From Selaginella moellendorffii (lineage: Eukaryota > Plantae > Lycopodiophyta), in the NCBI RefSeq assembly GCF_000143415.4, contig NW_003314288.1, positions 534,939 through 598,938 of the forward strand: a stretch of DNA of 64,000 nucleotides. The letters are read 5' to 3'. Numbering within the stretch: the first letter of the stretch is position 1; every line of letters begins with the position of its first letter. Below are positions 1 to 13,685 of this stretch, piece by piece. The position numbers and the translations under genes are program-made. The notes below the pieces were generated by a model that did not search any database, was not told where the DNA came from, and worked only from the letters and a program-made list of their open reading frames with translations.

Positions 1-259
1 AAAAAAGAAGAAAAGAAAAAAAAAAAAAAAAAAAAAAAAAAGAAAAAAACTAGAGAAAAAAAGGGTGAAAATGAGACGGTACCGTTATAGGATACTCACT
101 ATAATCAAGTGCTCAGACGAGGTAGATTCAAAACAACCTCATTTAAAGAAGAAACATACAATAAAAACTACTGTACAAAAAGCAAGACCAGCAATACAAC
201 CCAAACAACTATAAACTACAGAATATCACCTAGATATACAAGACGAATCCGCACTCACC

Positions 260-2990
260 ACTGAAAATCAAGAATTCAAACTTCGTATAAATATCAATGA
301 AGATATTGAAGAATTAAATCTAGGGGTTCCCTCAAACCCACAAAACATCTTAATAGCTACACAACTCGACAAACCATTTAAACTTGAGGCTATTACGCTC
401 CTTACTAAGTATAAAGATGTCTTTGCGTGGTCATATAAAGACCTCAAGGGTATACCACCTGATTTATGTACATTGAATTACTTCCAGGAATTCGACCTAT
501 TAAACAAACTGCTTACTAGATGAATCCAATGTTCGCTGAAAAATTAAAAGCTGAAATTAACAAACTCCTTGAAGCAAGATTTATATATCCAATACAAAAT
601 GCCCAATGGCTATCACCTTTAGTCATTGTACCCAAGAAAAATGGGAAATTACGCATCTGTATGAACTACAAGAAATTAAATGATGCAACTATGAAAGATG
701 CTTTTCCCATCCCATTTTCAGATGAAATACTTGATGTTGTCGCCGGTCATGAGATGTACTAATTTCTTGACGGTTTTTCAAGCTACAATCAAGTACATAT
801 AGCTGTTGAGGATCAACATAAAATAGCTTTCATAAGTCCATGGGGAGCATATGCATACATGCGAATGCCATTTGGATTAACCAATGCCCCATTTACATTT
901 CAACAGATCATTACCGATACTTTCCAAGATTATCTCACAGATTTCATGTGAGTCTTTATGGATGACTTTAGTGTCTTTGGACCTAAAGACAAACACCTTG
1001 AATACCTCGAGAAATGTTTTATCAAATGCAGACAAAACCAAGTTGCTCTGAATCCTGAAAAATGTACTTTCTTTGTTAAATCAGGAATACTCATATTGTT
1101 TCCACTCATGGCATTCAAATCAATAAAGTTAAAACCAACGTCATTATGAAAATGCAACCACTTTATGATCTCAAAAGTTTGCGAAGTTTTCTAGGCAAGA
1201 TGGGTTACCATAGAAGATTTATCAAAGACTATACCAAAGTCACTAAATCCTTAACTAATTTACTCAAGAAAGACAAATTCTATCACTGAACTCAAGAATG
1301 TTAGCAAGCATTCTTGATACTCAAAGATAAACTTACACAGGCACCAATTCTTGTCTAACCAATTTGGACTCAAGAATTTCTTGTACAAGTTAATGCCTTT
1401 GACTATATGCTAAGAGCAATTCTTTGCCAAAAAAAAGATGATCATTGTGATCACCCCATATATTATGCAAGTTGACGACTTTCTCCACCTTAAATGAATT
1501 ATACACCTACAAAAAAAGAAGCCTTAGGTATGATATATGCCTTAACCAAGTTCCAACACTATTTACTTTCCAACAAAGTAAATATATTTATTGATCATCA
1601 AGCATTAATTCATCTGCTCAACAAACCCATCCTTAGCGGATGAATAGTAAGATGGTTTTTGTTATTACAAGAATTCAATTTTGAAATAGTTCACAAACCT
1701 GGCAAATACCATGAACAAACTGATCATCTCAACAAAATTACAACCAGGGAAAATATACAAGACCCCAACAATGACTTACCTGATTCACATCTTTTTAAGA
1801 TTACCACCCACTATACACTTCAAGAAATCTTTCATTATTTAACTACTACAAAAGTTCCCACATCATGTACCATGCAAGATCAAAGGAAACAATTCATTTT
1901 GAGGACATGACGATACTCAGTCGTCGTTGGAAGACTCTATAGAATTGGACATAATAATATATTAAGAAGATGTGTACATTCACAAGGAGAGATACATGAG
2001 TTACTAGAAGAAGCCCATGCCGGTTGCTCTGGAGGGCATTTTGCAGAAGAAATTACAGCAAGGAAAATATTGCAAGTAGGCCTATGGTGGCCTACATTAT
2101 GGAAAGACACTTCACAGTTTTGTCAAACTTGTGATATTTGTCAACGTACACAATTTCCACTCAAGAAACAAACACAAGAACTGAATCCAACTATAGCAAT
2201 GGAACCTTTCCAAAGATGGAGCCTAGATTTTGTAGGACCCATACAAAAGAGCAGAAATGGAAATCAATATATTTTGGTGGCAACAGATTATATGACAAAA
2301 TGGGTAGAAGCCCAACCACTCAAGAAAGTGACAGCAAAGAATACAGCAAAGTTTCTTTATAAAATGATTATCACAAAATATGGATTACCTCGAGAAATAA
2401 TAACGGATAGAGGAACACATTTCCTTAATGAAACAATCAAGATTTTACTAGATGAATTCTTCATCAAACACAAGAAATCTACACCATATTATCCACAAGG
2501 CAACAGCCAAGCTGAATCCACATTGGGCTTATAGAACAGCATATAAAGTTTCAACAAATTCAACTCCATTCAAATTAGCTTATGGACTTGAAGCTTTGAC
2601 ACCACTAAAATATACTGTACCATCCTTGAGAATGGCAATTCAGCTGCAAATTAATCAAGAAGAATCAATCAAGAAAAGATTGGCTATGCTAGAAAAGTTA
2701 GATGAAGAAAGATTATATGCTTTATGGACAATTGAAGCCATACAAGCAAGGAGAAAAACTTATCACGATAGAAAACAGATTATAAAGAAAACTGATAGAT
2801 TTGAAGTTGGAAATTTGTTCTATGGTATAGAGGAAATGTCAACAAAATCAGAGGCAAATTAATACATCAATGGGAAGGACCATTCAAGATCACAAGTATG
2901 CAAACACCTAGCACAGCTCACTTAGTGACACTCGATGATGAAGAAATTCAAATAGTCAATCTCAACAAATTGAGAAAATATCAAAAACCA
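260..2990 (+). pseudogene. Degenerate Ty3/gypsy (non-chromovirus, Athila/Tat-like) pol: RT-RNaseH-integrase, related to family C
   Basis: ORF pieces WLSPLVIVPKKNGKLRIC, FMDDFSVFG, LLQEFNFEIVHKPGK, CQTCDICQR, WSLDFVGPI, IITDRGTHF and STPYYPQGN occur in RT-RH-INT order with many stops and frameshifts; no chromodomain seen. Confidence 0.9.
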
Positions 2991-3429
2991 AGTATAGCAT
3001 ACATGCAAGCCAAGCACACCATGCTGGAATTGACTACCAATGAAACCAACACAACTCACGTTGTCCACAAAACAAGTCCACAAAAATTACAAACAACTCT
3101 ACTCAAGCAAAGACTTAGTGAAAATGCAAGAACACCATATGAATGAAACAATAAAACAGAGTTAGCCCTAACCCTGATGGCGAGGAAGCGCACGCTGGAA
3201 CATTACAAGGGTAAGCTTGAGTGGCAAGCAAATCTTGAGATCACAAGTGCGCTAGAGAGTGATTGTTAGCTAAGCGCTCTCACCCATCTCAAACGAGTGC
3301 ATCAGATTCTAAGAAACACACCAATCGAGAGAAACAAGAAGAAAGCAAGTAGAAAGAGAGTGCCCACAAAAGAAGCAAGAAGAGTGTGTTCACGAGTATA
3401 GAAAGAGCGCTCATATCTTTTCCACTATT

Positions 3430-5300
3430 TGCATCACAGGTACAAGTGCATTCTCAACAGTGCCGAAGAGTCGACACAATGTGAACCAAGTAGACACCCA
3501 AGACAGATACCGTCATCCTTTCTCAAAATCTCGAGTGGCAATTCAATGCCAATGTCAAGCGTTGGATTCGCACTCACAGCCTCTTCAACTTTCATGAATC
3601 AAGTGAGCAACGAGAAGGCTCACTTGATGGATCTCGTCACTTCGGAGTTGGCAGCAGCTCTATGTCTCCCAGCCGAAGGTGAGCCAGACTCTGCTCCATG
3701 CACACAGGCTTTAAGTCATGACATCATGAAAGATCTCAAGAGCTACATCTCGGCGCTTAGTTTGCAATTCTCCAACATCAAGGACGAGCTCTACAAAATC
3801 TTCAAGTTCCTTGTTCTCAACCTGGACTTTTCGGAAGACTGCCACAATAGTGAGCAGATCCGTGGCCTTCATCTACGAGGATCTTCAAGCTGGGAAGAAA
3901 GTGGATTTAGTAGGATATGTGATCCCAAAGTTTCATAGGGAACTTAAGAAGGTGACAGCAGATCTCAACACAAGGAGATGTGTGAAGACACTGATACTAC
4001 CATATGTCTAAGCCATCATCATGCATAGAAGTCAAGCCATGGTGATCTACAGTCCACCACCTCTGCCTCTGCAGCACGCAGCCACAAAAAGTTCAAAGCG
4101 CCAAGTTGAAGACCACTTGATGAACACTGAGAAGAAAAAGGTCCAGCAAAAGATAGCAGCAACTCCACGAAGAAAGACACGGGGACAAGGCCGAAGAAAC
4201 GTTGCGCCTCCACAAATTGACAATGATGATAGTGATGTGCAAACAATCCAGTACAAGGTGCCAAAATGGCAACAACCAACAAGAACCTCTAGCTCCAAAA
4301 CAAAAAGGCAGCAAAGTTTGGCACCTACTCAGCCATCAACGAAGAGCTTGCAGCCTCCGAGCTCACCACAGCTGGATTTGCCACCATCATCACTGCATGA
4401 ACCATCTCCGTCTCCAACGACAACAATTCCAGTGGACAATCATGTTTTGCTGATGCAGGATATTCTTGAAAATCTTGAGACAGTTACAATTCCACCATCC
4501 ATTGTGCAAGGGCACAACACTCTTCATGAACCACCCGTGCAGCAGGAGTAGTCCGTCGAGCAACACTAGCCTCAGCAGCAGCAGCCTCCACCGCAGCAGC
4601 CCGTTGAGCAGCACCAACCTTTGCTGCCACAGCCTACCAAGCAGCCGTCTCCACCACACCAGCAAGCTGAGGAGCAGCCATCTTTGCTGCTGCAACCAAC
4701 CGAGCTATAGCAGCCTACTGAGCCGCACTAGACATTTGCTCCAGACACCACTGCCGACGATATGCAGCTGCCTCATTCAGCAATGCAACGCCAGTTTCAT
4801 CATGAACGCATGAGCAACAAGCACCATCATTATGATAAATATGCCACCAACAATGTTCCAATCGAGACAGAGGAGCAACAGCAACCAAAAGTGATCCATC
4901 CTATGCCTACAAACTTCATGGAGTAGTACCATAACTCCAACATGGTGGTGTACACATGGGATGGCATGAAGAGCTTCTTTCGCAACATTTTTGTACGACC
5001 ACACGAGGAGAAGATGGCAAGCATGGCTCAAGAACTCAATCAAGTAAAGGGAATCCTTCGCACTATACAAGCTCATGGACTCCCAACACCAAACACCTGC
5101 CGAGAATCTTTCAAGTTAGCACAGTAGTACCAACTCGAGAATGCCAGCATCACCAAAGAAAACATGGAGCTCAAGGCCAGACTTCAAGTGCTCGAGACTA
5201 CCATTAAGAACTACACTTGCGACGAGCTCGAGGACTATGAGGAAGAACTAGAGGCTAACACCACAACTGCTACTATCACCACAATGGAAGCTTGAGCCAC
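3430..5300 (+). pseudogene. Degenerate extra ORF downstream of pol (basic, then Pro/Gln-rich, then coiled-coil/acidic C-terminus)
   Basis: ORFs 3429-3938, 3811-4011 and 4021-4551 lie on the pol strand; the 4021 frame continues as a Q/P-rich run broken by TAG codons where CAG is expected. Confidence 0.55.
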
Positions 5301-7185
5301 AGGAGCTGCTCAACTCTAGTCATCAGAGAGTAGAGGTACATGCATTTTGCATCATGATTTAGGCACAAAGGCATTTCCTGAGTTAGGAATTGAGATCAAG
5401 ATTTCTCCCAGTCTAAATTTCTAACTTGGATGATTGGGCATGCAATGGTTATATAGGCTGGTGATAGCATGCCAGACCTATCCCCTTTCTGTCTTTTATA
5501 TCCTTGGCCATAATAACATATACTCCACTTGCTTAACATTTGCTCTTCTCTTCCATGCCTATCTTACTCATTGCCTTCTAAAGATCAAGGCTGTGAGATG
5601 TAAATCAATCTCAGCATCAACATCTTTGCAACAACACATGGCTAAATATTTCTTTCCTTTTTATGTTTGGATCTAGTTTAGATTAGAGAGGATTCACAAG
5701 ATCATTGTAGAGGTGATTTTGTAGTTCTCTAGCCTCTCATCCTCAAGATCTTCTCTAAGACGCCTTCTAGATCTTCTATAAGCAACAATCAACTAATAAA
5801 TTGCAACAGCAGCCACAACAACCATAGAAACCACAACCATTGCCCTAATCATCCCACATGAACCCTAATGATGTGGCATTAATCAATGACAAATCAGCAC
5901 TGACTCAATGGTAACTTGATTTTGGAATATTCTAGAATAATCTGATGTGGATGATGGTTGCATGTACAGCATTTTATCACTGTCACCGCACAGAAAATAA
6001 CAGTGATGGTCACATAGTGTCTCTAAGCAAACCAACATAGGATATACCTGGGTATTCTTGAATATTCTATAATCTAATTGTTCATATTTATTTAGACTAA
6101 TCTTGTGTTTATAAATTCAAAACATTTTAATAATGGTCATCACATTGACTACAAAGAGTTGACTATATAGTTGACTGATGGTTTTTGGTAAAAAGATGTT
6201 GTTTTGAGAACTACATTGTAGTTCAATGTTTGGACATGTGTTTGCAGGTGTGATTTTGTCACAAGGAAACAAGAGCAACAGGAGGTCCTCCAGACAAGCT
6301 AACTTTTGAAGTTTAACCAACTTCCACCTCCATGCAAGGGTACTTCCCACAAGCTCAAAGTGTAGAGGGCTAGCTTTTGATTTATTTTTTTCTTGTTCTC
6401 TAGGCTCTAATCTGTTAGGAGTGATGCAAAAAGATTGTTATTGATCAGGCTAGGGATTTCCAACCCAAAGCTATGTTTCTCATACCTGAAAAGTGTATCC
6501 ATGAAATATATATATCCTCTTGTGGTTTCTCTTCTAAATAGAAGATGAGTGCGTGAGGTTGTACATATTGAAGTACAAATCAAAGAAGCAGATCAATGGA
6601 TCTCCATGCAATGTGTCAATCATCAGTCGAACGAGGCAAGCAACACATACTTGATCCTCTTCCGGTTAATTTGCTTTGAAAAGCAATTTTTGTCTAGATC
6701 TGAAACAAAGTCTTCAACAAATTAGCTATCATATATTTGAAAAGCTATTTAACGTCATTCCATAAGTAAATTGACGTGCAATAGGCTATCATGTGCTAGA
6801 CAATTTGACTTTTGTATTGATTCCACAGGGCAATTTCATGGAATGGTCTTCACGCCCTATTCAAATTAGTCTTTAGTGTTGATATAATTTGCCTAAAATT
6901 TACCAAGAGCAATAAGCCACTCTTTATAATTCCACAATTGTAAGGGCAAGGTTGGCTATAAGCTACTAAGCATGGGCAAAAAGGAAAAATCCTCATACAC
7001 ACTTAGGTAGAGAGATTAAGGATTGACAACCCTTCACATTCCTAATAGAAGTTGAATAGGGAATTAGGGTAGATAAAATAAAAATATTTATCAGCGATCC
7101 ATCACACCTATTAGAAGATATATTTTTTTTATAGACTCAAACAAAAGTTGGTTGATCCCCACTCTGTGTGACTAAGCAAAAGTAT

Positions 7186-7741
7186 TATAAGCAACCAAAG
7201 AGAACGACTTAAGAGACAATCCATGAGGTTCAAATATAAAGGGATTGGTTAAGGGTCTTGGGATATTTGTGGTTAAGTATCTTTGGGTTTAAATAGTACT
7301 GGGCTGAGTGACCTCCCTGGAAAACCAAATTCATGAGCTTACATTTGGTATCAGAACAGTCTTGGGTCCGACTCTGTTGGTTGGCTAGGGGAATCACACC
7401 ACATGTTGAATGATATCTAGCTAGTCTAGTTTGCTCATGCTAGGCTCGACCCGATGGCTAGGGTGTTGAGAGAGCGAGGCTCTCAGGAGAGCTACAACTC
7501 TCAACTTCCATTTAGAAAGGCATCAACTTATAGGGAAGTATGGTGAATTATAAGCAACCAAAAAGGACGACTCAAGAAATGATCCATAGGGTTCAAATAT
7601 AAAGGGAAATGGCCCATGAACAAAAATGCACTCTCTTTTCTAATCGATTAAGAGTCTTGGGATATTTGGGGTTAAGTATTTTTGGGCTTGAATAGTACTG
7701 AGCTGGGTGACCTCCCGGGAAGACTAATTCAAGAGCTTACA
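7186..7741 (+). mobile_element. Cassandra TRIM, older copy with 5S-derived LTRs
   Basis: LTRs 7186-7343 and 7549-7741 end in GCTTACA; PBS TGGTATCAGA after LTR1; 5S-like GTTAAG..TAGTACT..GGGTGACCTCCCGGGAAG; 5-bp TSD AGTAT (7181-7185 and 7742-7746). Confidence 0.9.
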
Positions 7742-8551
7742 AGTATAAGAAAGGATGTGTGCCTAATTAGGGTAGCAAATGATAACTTTAACGAAATTGC
7801 TTAAATAGCTCGACAAATTACCTAATAAAATACCTGATAATATTCTACTCAAGGTATACAAAAGTCTGACTCCTTATATCTTTACTATTGTCAAAGAAAA
7901 TGTGATAAAACTTTATAAGTACATAGAATAAATGAGTTTTATATCTGTGGAGTTACCTATACAAAAAGAAAATAAGACTAGAATTCTTCCTAAATAGAGA
8001 GATAGTTTGCTTATCCGAGCTAGATATAAATCCTAAATATTATAACCTGCAAAGGATTTATAAAATTTTGCCTATTTGACAATTGCTAAATCTTATGCAA
8101 TCTTTAGGTACAAAAGTTATTGTGAGAACTTTAATGGTTCACAATAAAGCTTTGATACCCATAGGCAAAAATACATTTGGTGATAATTGAGTTAATAGAC
8201 ATTGGATCAATTTTAAATTTGAATTGGTAGGCAACAAAATTTTGTAGAGTAAAAATCTTTTAAGGTGGACCACATTTGAGCAAAATAGATATGCTTTGAA
8301 AAACAATGTTTATTGCTCGAGAAATTTTTAGAACTTTTGTATAAAAAATACTCTAGATATTTGGCCTCTATAGAAAAGCTATCCCTATTTCGAAATAGGT
8401 TGGAAAGCTAAATACTTTCTCCTAAGAGTGACTGATAGGCCAATTTATAAGAAGGATACATTGTATAAAAAAGCCTCGTACTACTCACTCTATAAACGAG
8501 GCATAATAACTAGGCTTGCCATAGTAGCAACACCAACATGCTTCAAAATAT

Positions 8552-8713
8552 TGAAGCGCATGTGATCATAGGATGAGATTTGGATATACTGTCACCGTAG
8601 ATCCTTGGAACATTGGGGGATAAATGGGGATAAAATAGCCACTAAGGGCTCTCTCATAAAGCAATTGCCCTTTTGCCAATTGGTTTAAGGGGAGAGAGAT
8701 AGGGTGTGCTACA
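8552..8713 (+). mobile_element. Solo LTR of the 665-bp TRIM family
   Basis: 162-bp match to LTRs at 32480-32641 and 32983-33144; TG...CA ends; TSD AATAT on both sides. Confidence 0.9.
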
Positions 8714-9329
8714 AATATATAGGTATAGACCAACAATTGATCATACCTATAAAGCTTTAAATGACATAATCTCTATGTATAAAATTGTCATTGTCTATAT
8801 CAACCAAAGTAATAGATATATAATATTTCTTTCACAATCCGATAAGCAAAAGGCAGTCTGAAAAGAAGTATTCACAAGATCTAAAACAAAATTATAAGGC
8901 ACTTGCTTGTAATATTTGTGATCTTAACCTCCCTTTAAAAAAGACTAAATCATTGCTCAATCAAGCTAAAGAAAAATTTGAAAGAGAGCAAGCTAAAAGC
9001 ATAATAGGTACACCTCAACGAAGAGGAGATCAAAAATCCAAATACAAATTTGATGGTTATTTAAAATATGTGAATCCATACACTACTCCTCTTTGGCAAC
9101 ATAGAAAATGCCTCTACTTTAATTGAGAGTAGTGGAACACAAAAAAATTGGATAATTCCCCATAAGAGAAAGAAGTGCTAAATTTACAACCCTTACCCTT
9201 TGATGGTGATCCAGATTCCCCTACAAACTAAAGATTTGTTTTGCCTATATTATTTACAAAATAAAGCATTTCCTATCAAATTGCAATAAGCACAATAGCA
9301 ATTTTAGGAACAGCAATAGGCACCGTCAT

Positions 9330-11580
9330 TATATATCCATCCTTTTCTGAAATTAAAGGAGACAAGCTACAACTACGTATTAAGCAATATAGAAGCAATT
9401 AAGCTCAATCAAGAAGATAGGCAAAAAAAGAATTTTTCCCGTATACACTCAAAAACAAAGTCAAAGGCTGGTACTATGATAATGATATTAAAAATCTTGG
9501 CACATTTGATGAGCAAAAAAGTTTTTTCGAAAAGCTTTGTTTATGGAAACAAACCTAGGAAAAAATTATAATGAGTTGCAAAAGCTTCATCAAGGAAAAT
9601 TTGAGACAATCGAGGAATATACAACTTGATTTAACAAGCGTTATAAATATTAGTATTACACAAAATGTGCCTACTCCTATACATATAAAGCCTCAAGAAA
9701 ATTTATTGTGAACATGCGATAAAGAGAGCTAAGGTAAATTTTGATGATTTGAAAAAAGCCATGTTTAATTACTAAGATATCATAAAATAATATGACATGG
9801 TAGATATGGGGAAGTCAAACAAAAAGACAACTTTTATAGATAAGGAAACTAGTCATTTAAGGAGCTTCAAATTGCAAACCAATCTCATATAAGGGATTTG
9901 GTGTACTAAATGCAAAAATAAAGGCTATAGCAAAGAAAAATGCAAAATTCAACTAATAAAGTGCTAATTTTGTGAAAAATAAAGGCATTCAGCTAAAGAG
10001 TGTAAAACCTTGTTTAAACAATCAGGAAGCCAATAGGCAGCCTGAGTTAATAAAACATCATGTAAGCAAAACTATCCATTTGACGATAAAAGTTATTGTA
10101 GAAGAAACAATTATAATGATAATCAAAGTGCCAAACGTGAATACTCATGTGTTAAAAAGCTAGATGACCATCAGAATTATCCACCTAGGGGTAATTTTCA
10201 ATATTATCCACCTAGCTATGAGGAAAATAGGCCTAAAAAGTATAATTAATCTAGAGAATATGATTAACTCAGAGGTTATAATAGGCCTAGAGAATATAAA
10301 AGGCCAAAAGAGTATAATCAACTTAAGACTCCTATTCACTATCCTATGCTAATACAATCAAGCTGAATCATCAAGCAAGAATGATAGGCTTCATAAAGAT
10401 ACACAACTTACAGTTAGGCATGTTGAGGTAGAATGGTTAGATACAGAAGAGCTACCTCACTCTCTTTATCTTGGCTTTTAGATTCAACCCTTCTTCCTTA
10501 GGCTTTAATCATGATATAGATGCTAAGTAGTAAAAATCATCCCCAATTCTCAATGGCACTAAAAGAAAAATATCAACACAGAAATCACTCAATAATTCCA
10601 AAACTTCCAACCGCAAGTCGATTTAGAGAATGGTGATTTTAACACAAAGAATTTCACACCTTTACAAGCTGATACAAATTTATCATTAGCGCAAAAGAAA
10701 AATCCTATACTAAAGCTAGATGGGAAGGATGAAAAGAAGGCAATGAAAGGCAATTTGAATGCCGGAATTACACTCACTCTAAGCCAATTTTTCATTATAA
10801 CACCTTACTTTAAAGCTATATTGCTCAGAGAGTTCTCGCCTATGAAGGAAGAAATTTTAATCCCATCTATAGCTATTGTAATTAAGCTAGGAGATTGTGA
10901 TGATAAAATTCCTACAATCGATATAAACATTGGTAAGAATCTATTATGTGGAACTCTTATTGATGGTAGTTTAAGCATAAATATTCTAGAAGATAGTATT
11001 TGTAAAGAATTAGGCTTAACCCCTATTCAACCAACCCATTTAATATACAAATGGCTGATGACTGAAGTGTTAAGCCCATTGGAATTATTAGAAATGTCTT
11101 AACCAATGTGGTTAGCCTAAAATACAAACTTAATTTTGTCATGCTTAAAATAACCCGACAAGATTATGCCTACAAAACTCTACTATGCAGACCTTGGATA
11201 AAAATTTCTTGCAGAAACCAAGACTGGAAAAATGATTTCTTATATATAGAGCAAGGCAACAAAAAAATGTCTGTGCTCATTACTTTCACCATACAATTGG
11301 AAAAAAAGAATGACCTCAAAACTCAAATTTATAACTGGGAGGAAGGCTTAGACGGTTTCCAAAAACAACAAATCTTAGAAGATTTCCCTGAAATTGAGAA
11401 AATTTCAAAAATTCATCTTTATTCAATACTTAAAGGAATACTTGAACAAGAAACCCCTAAACCAAAAATCGGTTAAGATATAAAAGATTTTTCCTTAAAA
11501 GAGGATCTGCCTATAAAATTGATCAACAGAAAAATTATGTTTCGCATATTTCTTGTGATCGACCACTTGAGCAAATTAAT
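9330..11580 (+). pseudogene. Degenerate Ty3/gypsy gag-protease fragment
   Basis: Two decayed zinc knuckles near 9900-10005 (WCTKCKNKGYSKEKC; C*FCEK*RHSAKEC); protease-like TLIDGSLSINIL and LLCRPWIK; boundaries approximate. Confidence 0.7.
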
Positions 11581-11584
11581 TTAG

Positions 11585-13685
11585 TAGATCAACAGCACTT
11601 CAACCTCAACTGGTTCTAGCATCTGCTATAGATGGTGCAACACAGGTGAAATACTTTTATCAAGCTACTCTCTTGCTTAAGGAGTGCATGTTGACTTGCA
11701 AGATGTAGTAGAAGGAATGCTCAAAGAATGGCAGGAAAACCTAGCTATAATGGCAGCTAACCAAACTAATGGGGAGAAGAGAGTGATTATGCATCTTGGT
11801 GATTGTCTCTGGTGACATCACGATGAGGTATATACATGGTCACACATTGATATTTCTCATAGTTTTAGCTTGCAGATATGTCAAGCGCATATTTGCTATC
11901 TTGTTGCAAATGCTAGTTTTGAGCCTTTCTCCCCTTCTACCAGACCTTGTCTTATAGGTGCCGACCATTGTAAGTATCCACGCATGTATGCTAGTCCAGA
12001 AGCTATCCAGGTAAGCTGTGTTTGTCCTAACAATTGTTAACTTTTTCTTCATCAGCAAACGGAAGTGTACGAATTTGCAAGAGTGACTGGCAATTCCCAG
12101 TTTATTTTACTTCCTTTTCAGCCATACAAGCTTATTTATGCATCGATGCTTACTGGAGCTGGAAAGATAAACAAAGCTTTAAGGTTGGTAGTGATTTTTA
12201 ACTGTATCCTTCATTAACACAAGGTTTCTCTTCGAAGGTATTGCCAAGCGGTGTTGAAAACATTGAAAACAGCGGGCCATGCAGCTGATGTGTGCAAAGA
12301 AGCGGCTGTAGCCTTGGAAGAGCCTCTTCATATCCACTCTCAGGTTTGTAAGTGGACACTCGGCTTTTATACTCACTTTCCTGTTATCCAGGGAGGCTTG
12401 ACGTCAATTGTGCAATGATTTTTTGGCAATATTGGTCTACACAAGATGATAGGCCCTTTGCCCCCGAAAGCTTCTGATAATGCTGATATTAATAACTGTC
12501 CCGCAACAGCTTCTAGCAGAAGCAGTGTAGCACTTGCTTCGTTGGCATCAATGGAACCCATAAGTGATAATACAAGAAGATCCAACATGCCAGCAAGAAG
12601 CATTTCTGAGCCTGACTTTAGGCCTGCACAGGTAACTTGACTTGCTCTTGTGTACCTTTGATTAAGACTTGTATTCTTTCATCAGATCATTAGTCCAGCG
12701 AAAGGAACACCTAACAGAGGCGTCTTTACTTCTTTTGTGCAAAGAGCGATGGGCTTCATAAAAACACCTTCGAAGGAGGTTTGTAGAAGCTTTGGAAAGA
12801 GCGCTAGCTGATTGATGGTTGGTACGTGATGCAGGCAAAGCTTGGTGACAGCAACAAGTTCAGATAGGGTTGAAGAAGGAGCCGAGGCACAAGCACCAGA
12901 GCTTCCGTCGGCTCCTCCTCCCACGGCAAACAATCTCGTCTCGCATGTGGAGGAGAACGGCACTCCTATTTCCATGTCTCCGGAGAGACCACAGCCAACT
13001 CCGGAAAGGCCGCAACCGGTTGTGAGTGGAATCCCACCAATGCCTCCAAGCAGTAACCAGTACGCAGCTGGCGCACGTCAAAACGTTAGATCAAGGTACC
13101 GTTTTGGTCATTCCCAGCACTCCAATCTCACGAGGTTTTTGCAGATATGTCGATACATTCAACAAAGGTAGCATAACACCATCCAAGACATCATCGGACT
13201 CTCCTCCACTGTTTGGCGTGGTGCCAAAGGCAAGCGCAAAGCCTTTGGCTCCAGTGAGATTTTTCGTGCCTGCGGCCGCTGCTGCCGCTGCTCCAGATAT
13301 CAACAGCAACCATTTGGTGGATCCTTCCTCGGCACCAGCCTTTGTCTCCGACACGGCGTTCTCAAACGGGAATGGAGCATTCGCTCAGCTGGTTGTACAG
13401 GATATGAGAAATGATCCGGGGCCAATGCCTGATCATCTCTCGAGCAGCTCTTTGCCAGCAATGTTCTATTCGAATCACTATCCAGCAGCACCATCGACAG
13501 TCTCGTTGCTGCCACCTCCAGCTCTGGAAGTCACTCCACCAGTGATGGTCGAGCAGCAGCAGCAAAACCAACACCAGGAAAGTTCGATTCATCAGCACCA
13601 CCATCAACAGTCCGGCACAGTGGGATTCGAAGCTGCCAGTTCCTCCAGAGTGTTTGGAGACGACTTGCAAGAGGTGGAATTGTAA
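11585..13685 (+). pseudogene. SEC16: 5'-truncated SEC16 (COPII scaffold) pseudogene, intron-containing
   Basis: Spliced exons give WQENLAIMAAN..IMHLGDCLW*, AHICYLVA..CLIGADH..YASPEAIQ, TEVYEFAR..LPFQPYKLIYA, YCQAVLK, RSISEPDF, AKLGDSNKF..VEEG, VRSR/YVDTFN and DDLQEVEL*; GT-AG introns of 45-56 bp; in-frame stops and a deletion of the YYDEKLKRW-type segment. Confidence 0.9.

Noticed and set aside
1-62. A-rich run as a retroposed poly(A) tail
   Set aside because: At the window edge with no upstream context or TSD
5300-7180. Possible LTR of the first Ty3 element
   Set aside because: No second copy, PPT, PBS or TSD could be identified with confidence
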